A stretch of DNA of 64,000 nt from the NCBI RefSeq assembly GCF_009914755.1, contig NC_060947.1. One strand, given 5' to 3'. The DNA comes from the human T2T-CHM13v2.0 reference genome, Homo sapiens. The notes beneath the pieces are model-generated. The model was not told the DNA's origin, ran no database searches, and was given only the letters and a program-made list of their open reading frames with translations. Below are positions 15,173 to 32,809 of the stretch, one piece after another. The position numbers and the translations under genes were made by a program. Position 1 is the first letter of the stretch. The number at the start of each line of letters is the position of its first letter.

Positions 15173-17546
15173 CTGATTGCTGCAAATTGAAACACCCCAC
15201 ATTTTCTGTAAGTGATGGCAGGCTCATCTAGTCTCAGAGATTCTAGCTCTCTTCCTTCTAATAATTTACAAATCACCGAGTAATAGCCTCTAAATCTGTT
15301 CATATTAGTGAAGGTCATTTCTCTTCAACAGAACAGAACCCCTCAACCCTCTGCCTGATCAGATCCATCACCAGAGAGACCAGGTTATGTCTGGGACTCA
15401 CTTCCCTCCCTTTATTTATTGAGTGGGGGTGTCAGAACGCCCCCACTGAATAGTTACACAGTCACGTCCCTGCCTCCCCAACAAGGGTCTGTACATCTTT
15501 CAGGGTAAGCCTAGCCCCAGGGAAACTACTAACAACACTAGCCAACCCCCTCCCAAAGACTCAAGGCTGCTAGGAAACCTGTCATCCCCAAGCAATACTT
15601 CTCCCAGAGACTCCAGGCTCCCTGTTTTCGTCTGACTTCTCCCCATGTCCTTACTCAGGGACAGATAAGCCCCGAATGCAGACATGCAACCCCTAATTCC
15701 AGGTGACTGAGTGTGGCCGGGCTTCACTGATTTCTCCCTCCATAGGACCAAGGGTCCTGTAGCTAGAAAGTCTCAGGCTGTTTCTCTCGCAGGTGAGAGT
15801 GCTCCTGGTGCCATGAACGGAGACGACGCCTTTGCAAAGAGACCCAGGGATGATGATAAAGCATCAGAGAAGAGAAGCAAGGTGAGGTGACCTGGAGGGG
15901 GCAGAGCAGTGGTCCAGGGGACAGAGTAGGGTGACCAGGTTTCTGAGGAGGGGAGGACAGAGGTACTGGGGACAAGGAGCAGGGTCTCCGGGGAGATCTG
16001 GACCCTTGGGAGCCTCCCACCCTCGCTCTGTCATCACCTAGCATCCCTGGAGACAAGTCTGTGACCTTGCACTATATTTGGTAACTCTCAGTGCATTCTG
16101 GAAGGTGGGAAGAGAGCCAGACAGCAGCATTAAAGCCCTAATGTGTGCCACGGGAGAAGCTAGGGTAGGTCCCCCATGGTCTCTCAGTTAGCCATGGCAT
16201 CAACCAGGACGGATTATCATCCTCACTTCCCAGATCCAGCACACAGGAAGCGGCTCCAGCTGAATGGCAGACATACCTAGCTGAGTCGCCGCCAAAATTT
16301 CTTTTTTTTTTTTTAGGCCTTCAATGATATTGCCACATACTTCTCTAAGAAAGAGTGGGAAAAGATGAAATACTCGGAGAAAATCAGCTATGTGTATATG
16401 AAGAGAAACTATGAGGCCATGACTAAACTAGGTAACAGAAAGTTCTAGGAACAGACAAGTCTGGGGATACATGAGCATCCCTTTTCCTGCTTTGGCTACT
16501 TCTTAGGCTGCAGAAAGTACCCCACATTTTCCTTTTGTGCAGGGAAAAATCACAAGGCAGCTTCTGGGTGTTCTGCTCTTCTGTATCCTGTCAGAGCTGA
16601 GGGCAGGGACTGGCCATAGTGGAGCTTGTACCTGGACCCTGCACTTTTCTCTCCCTTAGGCATCTGTTCTGATGAGCCCAACGGTCTCTGTGGCATTGCA
16701 GCACACCTCCCACCCTACCTTCCTTCTCTCGGCTTGTCTTTTTCTCTCTCTCTCCCTTTTTTTTTTTTTTTTTTTTTTTTGAGTCAGAGTCTCACTCTGT
16801 CACCTAGGCTAGAGTGTAGTAGTGCAATCATAGCTCAATGCAGCCTCGAACTCCTGGGCTCAAGCAATCCTTCTGCCCAGCCAATGGAATAGCTGAGGCT
16901 ACAGGCACATGCCACCATGCCCAACTAATTTTATTTTATATTTTGTAGATATGGGGGTCTCTCTATGTTACACAGTCTCATCTTGAACTCCTGGCCTCAA
17001 ACAATCCTCCTGCCTCAGCCTCCCAAAGTGCTGGTACGACAGACATGAGCCACCGTGCCAGGCCTAAGTTTGTCCCTTAAGGAATAAACATTTTGCTTCT
17101 TTCTAGGTTTCAATGTCACCCTCCCACCTTTCATGTGTAATAAACAGGCCACAGACTTCCAGGGGAATTATTTTGATAATGACCGTAACCGCAGGATTCA
17201 GGGTGAGTAGATGGGAAGTGGCTGGAAAGGTCTCCTGAAACCCAGTTGCTTTTCAGCTCAGCTACCTGGGAAAGATCCTCTGACATTTGTTCTCTCATAC
17301 ACATCAGGGTTGAGTGAAAAAAAAATTGCATACAGAAAGTTAACTACAGAGGCTATTCATAAAATTCTAAAACATGCAAAACAGTAATATGTATTTTCAT
17401 GGATAATAAGTAAATGGTAAATGCATGAAAACATGAATGCGAATAAAAAGGCATCAAATTGAGGAGACTGGCTGTAAATGGAGAAGGGCCGGGGGCAGGG
17501 ATTGGTGAGTGCTGCACAGACAGCTTCAGTCATGACTTGTTGATAG

Positions 17547-17705
<159 letters not shown>

Positions 17706-20700
17706 TAGATAGGATTACAGGCACCCGCCACCATGTACACCTAATTTTTGTATTTTTAGTAGAAACGGGGTTTCACCATGTTGGCCAGGCTGGTCTCAAA
17801 CTCCTGACCTCAGGTGATCCACCCACCTCAGCCTCCAAAGTGCTGGGATTACAGGTGTGAGCTACTGCACCCAGGCCGTTTCTAGTGTTTCTAACATTCT
17901 AAATAAATAAATCAGATCTAACATAGTCATGGGGTAATGTTGAGATGCGACTGAACTCGATATTATTCCCCATACTTTTCTGTGTGTTTCAAACATTTCT
18001 TTTTTAAACGACATGTTGTTCTTGCTACACACTGTTAATGAATGAAAGGACAGTTAAGACAATTTTAAAAGTGAAAAAAAGGAAAATGTTAAAAGTGTAG
18101 ATCAGCCAAAAACTTCCAGAGATTGTTTCATTAACAGCATGTAGATATTGGATAAATATCTTAAGAGAGAGGGTGATGAACACATTAGGTAATAAAGATC
18201 GCTGTTTCTCTGTACTTTATTAAAACCAAATAGTCTTCTCATTCCCAAACAACCCCAATTCTCCATGATGAGCTTGGAAGTGAGTTTGAAAGAGTGCTCC
18301 CTCATCTAACACACAGAGAGCTTTCCCAATTGTCAGTGAGCAGAGATAACATAGGATGAAAAAAAGACAGGTTCTTCGGTAGAGATCTTTGTGCATTTCA
18401 GGAATATAAAGGGGACATATGTGTTTACCTGCTCTTCTGCTCTGACAATACAATCATAAGACAAGGTCGGAGTGTCTAAACTGTCCTCAATATACCTATT
18501 ACTCCCCAACTAAACAGGCCAGAATCAACCATCTCCCGCAATCACTATAAGAGACCTGAAAAGCCAGTGCTTGAGTGTCTGCCAAGTTTTGACATTAAAG
18601 GAGTGTCTTTTTACTGAAAATATTTCAGAGCCACTGGACTAAATTATCCACGGTTCATCACACATTTAACAGCTTAATTCACATACCATAAGATCCACCC
18701 ATTTGAAGTGTACAGTGATTTTTAGTTGTTCACATCTTGAGTGGATACAGTTCAGATTCCCAACCAATGAATTTAATTATTTGGGAAAAAGTAAAAGATA
18801 TGTAATGGAATAAGATGAGACTGTGATGGGATTTAACCCCCATTTGACAAACCATGAGATGTAAAATTCTGAATTGATGCCACAGATAAATGCACCAACC
18901 ATTACTAAACATAATTCAGAAGCAAATCTCAAATAACTCCTCAACAATGAGTGGACTCATACCCCTTTGCTGCAGAATGCCCTCATGCGACAGAAGTCTC
19001 TCTAGAGTTTGGAAATCTTTACCAACAAAGAAAAATTCTGATGTATTCTCTTCCAGTTGAACGTCCTCAGATGACTTTTGGCAGGCTCCAGAGAATCATC
19101 CCGAAGGTGAGTACCTCTCAAATCTAAAGGACCAGAGAACCTTTTTCCCTTCATGGATGTGAACACTGATAAGAGTGGGAGAATATCAAAAATGCCCTCA
19201 TTGCCTCTTTCTCCCCATGTCTATCACAACAACTTATGTAGCACCGACGGCTTGATAATACTAACAGTTGTGATCCTTAATACTTCTTTTGTTTTCATAG
19301 TGATGCCAGATACTATTTTAAGGAGTTCACATGGATTAATTAATTTAATCCATAAGAAGACCTCTATGATGTTGTTTCTTTTATTATCTCCAAATAGTAA
19401 TGAGTCACACACTTCGGTTGTCATCCATATAAAAGCCATGTGACTTGGCACAAATCTTCTAAGTTATTGGAGCTCCAGATTCCTAGTCCATGAAGTGGAA
19501 GTAAAGAATAATAGTTCATGTTATAGACCATAATTATCAGCAATATAACAATAAAATGAGGCTATCATGGTACAGAGATGTTAAAGAATTTTCCTGGGGC
19601 GCAGTGGCAGTGGTAGTCTAATCCAGAGCTTCAAGCCATTTAAAGCTCATTCACGTTTGTATTTGTTTATGAAGTTCAGATGTTGCTCACTAGGGCTTCA
19701 CCCCATAGGGCCTGATGGTGCTTCCATTGAGACACCCACTCTCTCAACAGGAAGGACCAGCTGGCCTCTCTTCTGTTACCGGGGCCACTCCCATGGCTTA
19801 GGAATCGCTTTGACTGTTGGCCCCTCCTTGAGCTCCTTAAGGGTTTTGTCTGCACCTGGGGCATCCGAGAAGCCCCAGTCCCAGCCCAGGGGATCCCTCA
19901 GAGGCCCCTGAATGAGTGATTCTGGAAGTGCAGATTCAGCTCTGGTTTAGAAGGTAAAGGGATCTGGGAGTTGGGTTGCCAGTATGGAGAACGAATTCAA
20001 AGAAGGATCCAGAAAGGTATTCATTGTTATTATTATTACATTTGAACAACGTTTACAAGCTCAGAGAGGACTTTCCCTTAGTCTATTTTACATGTATTAT
20101 TCACTATTTCATAAGTGAGGAAGTTGAGTAAAAAGTAGTTTAAGGGCCGGGCGCGGTGGCTCATGACTGTAATCCCAGCAATTTAGGAGGTCAAGGCGGG
20201 CAGATCACGAGGTCAAGAGATCGAGACCGTCCTGGCCAACATGGTGAAACCTCGTCTCTACTAAAAATACAAAATTTAGTGGGGCCTGGTAGCACCTGCC
20301 TGTAGTCCCAGCTACTTGGGAGGCTGAGGCAGGGGAATCACTTGAACCGGGGAGGAGGGGAGGAGGAGATTGCAGTGAGCCGATATCGCGCCACTGCACT
20401 CTAGCCTGGTGACAGAGCGAGACTTTGTCAAAAAAAAAAAAAAGTAGCTTAATATTGTTGGTCAGTGACATATCTCAATGCAACCAGAATTGGTATGGGC
20501 ACCACCTCACTGAATTCCACATTCAATGTTGGTGCCTCGGTAGGGTGGTATGCCATATCTGTTACTGCTTTCTTTGCTGCCTAGATAAATTTCAGCAAAC
20601 CATTTCTTTCCCTCTCCCTTCCCTGTATTCATCTCCCCACACCATCTTTCCCAGCAGTGTTTTGTCCCCTCTCTATGTTTTTACATTTACTCTCTGAGCA

Positions 20701-21611
20701 GCTGTCTACAAGCTTATATGGGATCCCTTGTATTTTATAGAAGTTCTTCCTTTTTTAGACGTTGTGAATTCTTAGAATGCTGTTTTTCTCCAAATCTTCT
20801 GTGTACCGCACTCTCAATCACATGGAGATTTCTGCTGTTTGCACGAATGTCAGTCTTAAAAAAGTGTGAAGATAAGCATTCTAATCCTGGAAACCCCATT
20901 CATTTAGGCCATTCCTTTTGCTTCTAATCTCCCAGGTTTCTCTTATTTAGGCAAGTGTAACTCTCCCAGCATTGTTGAGAACATTGATTAAGGTAATGCA
21001 TGTGAAGATGCTTTGTAAGCTCTAAAGCACTATAGAAATGTCACTGATTCTGTTTATCTGTGACCTTCACATTATAAAGATCATGCCCAAGAAGCCAGCA
21101 GAGGAAGGAAATGATTCGAAGGGAGTGTCAGAAGCATGTGGCCCACAGAACGATGGGAAACAGCTGCGCCGCCCCGGGAAAAGCAAATACTTCTGAGAAG
21201 ATTAATAAGAGATCTGGTAAGAGGAATCAATTTGGGAACAACTCCTCTGGCTTTTCTGGCTATGTTCAGGTGTGTGGACTGGGTGTGTGGCATGGATCCC
21301 AGACAAGTCTGGGTCCAGGCTGGGCTGAGGAGCTCGCCCAGCTCCAGATGAGATGTTAGACATGACTTCCAGAGACACAGACTGGAGTTGTCACCCATAT
21401 AAAAAACCACGTGACTTGGGGCAAGTCTTTCAAATTTTCTCAGCTCCAGACTCCTAGTCCATAAGATGGAAATAAAGAATCATAGTTCATAAATTGTTTG
21501 GAGACATTAAATTTAATCTAGAAGGCCTGATGACATGAAAGGTGCTCAAGCGATTCTATCAGTGATAACCTGGGATCATATCTTACTCAGCTCAATGCCT
21601 GATACCCAATG

Positions 21612-23297
21612 CAGGTGTACTTCAGAGATATTGCAGATTCGGTTCCAGACCACTGCAATAAAGTGAGTCACACACATTGTTTTTCGATTGTTTTGCAGTG
21701 CATAAAAACATTATGTTTACACTATAGTGTACTCTACTAAGTGTGCAATAGCATTATGTCTAAAAATGTACATACCTTAATTTTAAAATAATTCATTGTT
21801 AAAAAATGCTAACAATCTTCTGAGCCTTCAGTGAGTCACACTCTTCTTGTTGGTGTGGGGTCTTGCCTCAGTGTTGATGGCTGCTGGCTGATCAAGGTGG
21901 TGGTTGCTGAAGGGTGAAGTGGCTGTGGCAGTTCCTTAAAAGAACACAACAGTGAAATTTGCCACATGGATTAGCTCTCCCTTTCATGAAAGATTTCTCT
22001 GTAGTATGTGATGCTATTCGATAGCATTTAGCCACTTTAGAACTTCTTTCAAAGTTGAAGTGAATCCTCTCTAGCTGTGAAAGTTTTAGATGACATCTAC
22101 TTCCAATAAAAGGCTATTTTATCTTTATTGAAAATCTGTTGTTTAGTGTAGCCACCTTCATCAGTGATCTTAGCTAGATCTTCTGGATAACTTGCTGCAG
22201 CTTCTCCAACAGGGTTTGCTGCTACACCTTGCACTTTTATGTTATGAAGATGACTTCCTTCCTTAAACCTCATGAGCCAACCTCTGCTAGCTTCACACGT
22301 TTCTTCTGCAGTTTCCTCACCTCTCTCAGCTTTCATGGACTTGAAGAGAGTTCGGGTCTTGCTCTGAATTAGACTTTGGCTTAAAGGAATGTTGTGGCTG
22401 GTTTCATGTTCTATCCTGATCACTCAAACTTTCTCTATTTCAACAGTAAGACTGTTTTGCTTTCTTATTCGTGTGTTCACTGGGTATTAGTATTATTATT
22501 TCCTTGAAGAACTTTTCCTTTGCATTATATACTATTCTTTCCTTCAAGAACTTTTCTTTGCATGCACAGCTTGGCTATTTGGTGCAAGAGGCCTAGCTTT
22601 CAGCCTATCTTGGCTTTCAGCATGCCCTCCTCACTAAGCTTAGCCATTTCTAGATTCTGATTTAGTGTGAGAGAATGCAAGTCTTCCTTTCATTTGAACT
22701 GTTAGCGGCCATTGTAGGATTGCTAATTGTCCTAATTTCAGTATTGCTGTGTCTCAGGGAATAGGTAGGCCCAAGAAAAGGAAAAGAGTTGGGAAGCGCT
22801 CATCGGTGGAGCAGTCAGAACACACACAACATTGATCAATTACGTTCGTCATCTTCTCTGGGTGGAGTTCCTGTTACGCCCAAAACATTTACAAACAACA
22901 GGGTGACTATAGTCAATAATACCTTAGTCATACATTTAAAAATAACTAAAAGAGTGTAATTGGATTGTTTGTAACACAAGGATAAATGCTTGACCGGATG
23001 GATACCCTATTTTCCATGATGTGATTATTACGCATTGCATACATGTATCAAAACATCTCACATACCCCATAAGTATGTACACCTACTGTATATCCACAAA
23101 AATAAAAAAAATTATTTTAAAGACTAAAAAACAACAAAAACAATTGCAATAATAACATCAAAGCTCACTGATCACAGATCACCATAACAGATACACTAAT
23201 AACAGAAAAGTGTAACATTGGTGAGAATTCCCCTCAAAAAATTACAGTATCTGCAAAGCACTATAAAAATGAGGTGCCATAAAACAAGGTATGCCTC
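21612..23297 (-). mobile_element. Tigger1 DNA transposon (internally deleted) in SSX8P intron 6, containing an L1 3' fragment (~22896-23110)
   Basis: Both terminal inverted repeats are recognisable. ORF 22097..22423(-) gives CENP-B-type transposase sequence (SRGWLMRFK...[21 protein letters not shown]). Confidence 0.9.
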
Positions 23298-24574
23298 TGT
23301 GCCCTTAACAAATATGTGCAGCATGAAAGGAGGTATGGGTGAATGTTCCTGTAAATGAAGACGTTGGGAATCTAAACCTGACAACGGAAGGAGCCAGAAG
23401 CTAAAACTTTAATTGGTATTTGTCGTGTATTGGTGTGGATCTAAGGTCTCAGCCTCTTTAAGCCAGAGAATGTGAAAAACTGGATAAAGAAGGCCCATGG
23501 GCACTTGGGAGGGGGGAGGCATCTCCTTTTTTTGAGAAAACAGAGCCTAACATTCTTCAACCTACCCAGTCCTCATCTTCCAACTCTTCTTCATCATAGG
23601 ACCCAAAAGGGGGAGACATGCCTGGACCCACAGACTGCGTGAGAGAAACCAGCTGGTGATTTATGAAGAGATCAGAGACCCTGAGGAAGATGATGAGTAA
23701 CTCCGTAAGTGAACCTTTGGCTCATCCCCCACATCCCTGCAGATGTGCTATTCTGTTATGGTACTGGTATCCCATCTTGTCATTTGTTTCCCAAATCATT
23801 CCTTTCTCATAATTTTCTAGTGTACAGCATTGAGGCTGAATGATGAGATTTCCCATGCTCTTTCTACTCCCTGCCCTGTATATCCAGGGATCCTCCCTAC
23901 CCAGGATGCTGTGGCTTCCCAAACCCCAGGTCAGCCCTGATATGTGGCCACACCTTCCTCTAGCCTAGGAATGGATAACCCAGGCGAGGAAGTCACTGTG
24001 GCATGAGCAGATGGTTCACTTCGAGGAACCATGGAAGGCGTGTCCAGGTCCTGAGGTAGGGCAGAATCAGAGTGTGCAGGGTCTGCAGGTCTGGAGAAGT
24101 TGAGATTGAGTTATTGGGCAGTGGGAACTCGCTGTCACTTACTTTCCTTCTCTCTTCTCGCCTCAGCCTGGGGGATATGACACATGCCCATGATGAGAAG
24201 CAGAACATGGTGACCTTTCACGAACATGGGCATGGCTGCGGACCCTCGTCATCAGGTGCATAGCAAGTGAAAGCAAGTGTTCACAACAGTGAAAAGTTGA
24301 GCGTCATTTTTCTTAGTGTGCCAAGAGTTCGATGTTAGTGTTTCCATTGTATTTTCTTACACTGTGCCATTCTGTTAGATACTATCCTTTTCAATGATGA
24401 GCAAGACATACTTAATGCATATTTCGGTTTGTGTATCCATGCACCTACGTCAGAAAACAAGTATTGTCATGTATTCTCTGCATAGAACAGCACTATCCTC
24501 ATCTCTCCCCAGATGTGACTACTGAGGGCAGTCCTGAGTGTTTAATTTCAGACTTCTTCCTCTGCATTTACACA

Positions 24575-24605
24575 CCACACAACACACACACACACACACA
24601 CACAC
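24575..24605 (+). repeat. (CA)n in the SSX8P 3'UTR; homolog at 35018-35062 in the SSX7 3'UTR
   Basis: Read directly. Confidence 0.9.
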
Positions 24606-26662
24606 CAAGTACCATTATAAGCATCTCCCATCTGCTTTTCCCATTGCCGTGCATCCTGGTCAAGCCCCCCTCACTCTGTTTCCTGTTCAGCATGTACTCC
24701 CCTCATCCGATTCCCCTCTATCAGTCACTGACAGTTAACAAACCTTTGCAAACATTCCCCAGTTGTTTGTTCCTCTCATTATTGTACACACAGCTCTGTG
24801 CACATGTGTGAATATTTCTTTAGAAAGATTCTTAGAAGTGGAATTGATGTGTCAAAGGAGTCATTTATTCAACAAAACCCTAATGAGTGTGTCCTCGGGC
24901 TGAGCGCTATTCTAGGTGCTGGAGAGACATCAGGGAACAGGGCAGACAGATGTTTCTGACCACCATTCTAGAGGAGGATGTTTCCAGTTGTTCGTTTTCT
25001 TGATTTGTTTGTTTGTTTCTTCTAGAGATGGGGTCTTGCTCTGTCCAGGCTGGAGTGCAGTGGCATGATTATAGTTCAATGCAGCCTTGAACACCTGGGC
25101 TCAAGCAATCCTCCCACCTTGGCCTCCTGAAGTACTAGGATTACAGGCATGAGCCACCGCACCTGGCCTCCAGTTTTTATTTTGATAGAGACTATACACT
25201 TCAGTCCTGGAGCAGGATTCTGTAGCAGGTGGTTGGGCAATTTGGCCTTCGCTCTCTGAACAATTTTCGGGTTCTAGGGCTGTGATGGTCCATTTGGGAG
25301 TATGTGGGAGGAGACACAGATGAAATCGTCATCTGGGGAACGTGGAGGAATGAGGAAGATGCATGCACTGTAGACCCTGTGATGGCCAGGGAATAGAAGA
25401 GTCCACTTAGTCTCCATGCAGGGGATCAGCAGTGGGAAAGTCCCCTGGACAGAAGCATGAGACTGCCCATCAAGGGTCTCACCAACCAAGGTCCTGGGGG
25501 CTGGGGTGGAGATGATGATTTGGGAATGGGACAGTTCTTTCTCACAGGTACCATTGCAAGGTGCAGAGAGGAAACAGTTGTGGGGAAGGGAAGGGCAGAG
25601 GGGAGTCTATTTTAGAACGAACCATTGTGTGTCAATGGAGACATTAAGGTTCCATTTACACACAGCGGACTTGAAACACCAGCCCCAGGTGGAGGCAGGA
25701 TTGGAGCTGTTTTGACCATCCGTAACCCATCACCTTGGCCTCCTGGTTCTCCCCAGCCTTAGAAGGAGGACACTATCATCATTATGCCTATGTAATAGAT
25801 GAGAGACAGAGTCCCAGAGAGATGGTAGGTGTCTTGTCACAGGTCCTACAGCTGGCAGGTGCAGGAGGGGCTGAGTTTGGAGTTCACTGACTCTAGAAAC
25901 ATTAAGGAGGACAAGCGTGTGTGGTGGAGGGAGGGAGAAGTGAACAAGCCCCGGGTTCTGTCCCCAGTCACAAGGTAGATATTGTGGGTTCATTTACCCA
26001 AGACAAGGAGCCCTAGGACAGAGAGAGTGCGGGGAGGGAGAGGCAATCACGGATATAGTGGGGACAGTGGGAGACAGAGATATTCAGGGTGGGCAGAAGA
26101 GGGGCAGGCAAAGAAGCAGGGGATACCCAAGACCAAGTGTGGGCTGTCACAGCCACCAGAGGGAGAGGATGCCAGGAAGGAGGTTGTGGGGCTCCAGGAG
26201 CAACAGAGGTTCCCCAGATCTCTGAGCATGCCCTGCCTGGCACTGCAGGAAGAGGTGGCTGCCACCCAGGTCAGTGTGGACGTGCCTCTACCTGTGTCTC
26301 AGAGGAAACACATTCTGTTTTATCCCAATATCATTCTGTATTACACAAATGTAACATTCAGCTACTAGATATTGGGTGCCTTATCCTCCATGCAAGTAGA
26401 GGAGAGGATACCCTAAAAGAGATACTAAAGGATTTGATTTTTCTTTCTCCCTGGGATGATGGGATCCGTAAGTTGGGTCCCCCAGCCCACAAGACAGGTG
26501 CAAGGAAGGGTGGCTGGAAGATTGTGAGTCATGACAGGGAACATTTTTCGTTAGGTTCCATGGGTATATAAAGCTCCCGACTATCTGTCTATCATGAATA
26601 GATAAAGAGTGAACATGGTCCCCTCTCCACAAATGTGTTTCTCTCCTTCATTATTACAGTGA

Positions 26663-26908
<246 letters not shown>

Positions 26909-26971
26909 TGATCTTCTGACCTCGTGATGTGATGGCCTCAGCATCCCAAAGTGCTGGGATTACATGCGTGA

Positions 26972-27394
<423 letters not shown>

Positions 27395-28313
27395 TGATTC
27401 AGACGTTTCAAATGAACTTTTAAATTAACCTACCTGATGATTATCCTAAGGCCCTTTCTTGCTCCATGTTTTTTTGATTCTGGGTTTGGAGTTTTTCAGA
27501 AGCTTTCCTACAAAGAGCATCTCCTGGTCGGGCACAGTGACTCATGCTCTAGTGCCAGCACTTTGGGAGGCCAAGACAGGCAGATCACTTGAGGTCAGGA
27601 GTTCGAGACCAGCCTGGCCTACATTGCAAAAACTCTGCCTCTACTAAAAATACAAAAATTAGCCAGCTGTGGTGGTGGGCACTGGTGACTTCCAGTTCTT
27701 GCGGGGGCTGAGGCACGAGAATCACTTGGACCCGGGAGACACACCGTGCAGTGAGCTGAGATCACGCCACTGCACTCCAGCGTGGGCGACAGAGTAAGTC
27801 TCTGTCTCAAAAAACAAACAGCATCTCTCGCCTACACTCATTTGAGCTGTGGTCTTGTCTCCTCGGGTTTCTCTGTCAGTCTGATCCCATCTACTCTATC
27901 TACCAGGAATGCCTCAATATTTCTGGTGGACCACTGACACGTCTTCCTATTTTCCTCTACTGTCAAGGATTGACTCTTGAAAACATTTTCTTCCTACTTT
28001 GATGGAATGTTGAGTGGGGCACGGGATCTAGCTGCCATCTTGTTCCAATCACCTGTTATTAGATATTTCATGTATTTTTGTCACAATATAAGTGTAATTT
28101 TTCTCAATTTGGTTTTCTAAATGGCTATTATTAGCATGTAGAAACCCTATCTATTATTGTTAATAATATTTTGTTACCTGTCTGGGTACAGCTTCCCATG
28201 CATTTTGGCACAAGACTCAATCTATTTTATTCTTCAAAACAAAACTGACAGGCTGAGTGTGGTGGCTCACACCTGTAATCCCAGCACGTAGGGAGGCCGA
28301 GGCATGTGGATCA

Positions 28314-28583
<270 letters not shown>

Positions 28584-29141
28584 TCACTTCACCGGCAATA
28601 GATAGTTATAAAAGGATAATTTATGGAAGATTTCATAGGGGAGACTGATGGAAAGAAAGGAAGTATACATTTTACAGAGCTGAGCAGAACTCACTGCAAA
28701 AATCACCAGAACTGCCTTTTTCTCCAAAAGTGCTACCCATAAGCTATTCTACTACTGGTTCTTCTAGTCCTTTTCTCTATTCCAAATCCTCAAATTGTCC
28801 ATTTCCTTATTGGGGTAATTTTCCTCTGCCCAGATCTGGGTCCCCCACCACACTTAACACTGTCTGTGAGGGTGTGAATTCCCATTATTTTAGCTCAGGT
28901 TCCCAAGGAAACAGGCTTTGGGCCATACAGGACACATCTAGACAGACTATACTGAGAAGCCATGCTTGGAACGGTGCATGGGGAGAGGAGAGGGAATTTA
29001 TGTACCTGGCTCTCACTCATGGTTTTTTTTTTTTTTAATTGGTCAAAATTTACCACATAGGCATGAACTCCCCCACACTTCTAGATTGCATCATCTGCCC
29101 CTTTCACAGCTATCTGGGAAGCCAGATCCCACACTTTGAAG

Positions 29142-30442
<1,301 letters not shown>

Positions 30443-31013
30443 TGATCTGCCTGCCTTGGCCTCCCACAGTGCTGGGATTACAGGCGTGAGCCACCACGCC
30501 TGGCCTCTGCTAACACTTTTGGATTGTATGAAACACTACACTTCAAAGTGTGGGATCTGGCTTCCTAGACAGCTGTCAAAGGGGCAGTTGATGCAATCTA
30601 GAAGTGTAGGGGAGTTCGCACCTGTGGGGTAAATTTTGACCAATAAGAAAAGGAACCAGGAGTGAGAGTCAGGTACGTAATTCCCTCTCCTCTCCTCTCC
30701 TCTCCCCATGCACCATTCCAGGCATTGTTTCTCAGTATAGTCTGTCTAGAGGTGTCCTGTATGGCCCAAAGCCTGTTTCCTTGGGAATCTGAGCTAAAGC
30801 AATGGGCATTCAAACACTCGAAGACAGTGTTAAGTGTTGTGGAGGACCCAGATCTGGGCAGAGGAAAATTATCCCAATAAGAAAATGGACAATTTGAGGA
30901 TGTGGAATAGAGGGAAGGACTAGAAGAACCAGTAGTAGTATAGCTTAGGGGTACTATTTTTGGAGAAAAAGGCAGTTCTGGTGATTGTTCCAGTGAATTG
31001 CTCAGCTCTGTTT

Positions 31014-31126
31014 TATATATATAAATATACATAAAGGATATATATATATAAATATATATGTGTGTGTATATATATGTGTGTATATATATGTGTATATATA
31101 TGTGTGTATATATATGTGTATATATA

Positions 31127-31166
<40 letters not shown>
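31014..31166. repeat. Compound (TA)n/(TG)n microsatellite, present only in the SSX7 arm
   Basis: Read directly. The homologous site at ~28660-28675 has only gtatacatttta. Confidence 0.95.
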
Positions 31167-31223
31167 CATCATTCTTTCCATCATTCTCCCCTATGAAATC
31201 GTCCATAAAGTATCCTTTTATAA

Positions 31224-31436
<213 letters not shown>

Positions 31437-31904
31437 TAGTACAGAAGGGGGTTCACCAGCTTGGCCAGGCTGGTCTCGAACTCAATTGATCCACCAGCAT
31501 CAGTCTCCCAAAGTGCTGGGATAAGAGGCGTGAGCCACCGCACCCAGCCTGTCACTTTCTTTTTGGAGAATAAAACATATTGAGTCTTGTGCCAAAATGC
31601 AGGGGAAGCTGCACCCAGAAAGGTAACAAAATATTATATATATAGATAGATAGGTTTTCTACATACCAATATTAACCATTTAGAAAACCAAATTGAGAAA
31701 AAATACACTTATATAGTGACAAATATACATAAAATATCTAAAACCAGATGATTGGAGCAAGATGGCAGATAGATCCCATGCCCCACTCAACATTCCATTG
31801 AACTGGGAAGAAAATGTTTTCAAGGGTCAATTCTCAAGAGTAGAGGAAAATAAGAAAACGTGTCAGTGGTCCACCAGAAATATTAAGGCATTCCTGGGAG
31901 ATAG

Positions 31905-32195
<291 letters not shown>

Positions 32196-32608
32196 TGACC
32201 TCAACTGATCTGCCTGCCTCGGCCTCCCAAAGTGCTGATATTACCCAGCGTGGGACGCCGCCCAGGTGATGATCTTTGTAACAAAGCCTCTGAAAAACTC
32301 CAAACCCTGAATCAAAAAAACACAGAGCCGGAAAGGGCCTTAGGATAATCATCAGGTAGGTTAATTTAAAAGTTCATTAGAAACATCTGAATCAGCCAGA
32401 TTCCCCTCCAACACCACACTCAGATTGGCTGGCAGTAGCCACTTTTGCCTCTAAGATGAAACTCTGATAATTGTTCATTAAAGAAAGTGAAGGCCTGGCG
32501 AGGTGGCTCACACTTGTCATCCCAGCACTTTGGGAGGCTGAGGCAGGAGGATTGCCTGAGGCCAGGGGATCCAGACCAGCCTGGGCAACAAAGTGGATGC
32601 CGTCTCTA

Positions 32609-32770
<162 letters not shown>

Positions 32771-32773
32771 TCA

Positions 32774-32809
<36 letters not shown>

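Noticed and set aside
21080-23704. Rescue of the SSX8P frame by skipping exon 6
   Set aside because: Exon 5 ends in phase 0 and exon 7 starts in phase 1, so skipping does not restore the SSXRD frame.
25982-26571. 128-180 aa ORFs downstream of both SSX genes and an exon-like 52-mer (26218-26269, cag|...cag|gtcagt)
   Set aside because: Frames are not conserved between arms (an indel near gagcaacagagg/gagcaagagg), the pyrimidine tract is weak, and no homolog is recognisable.
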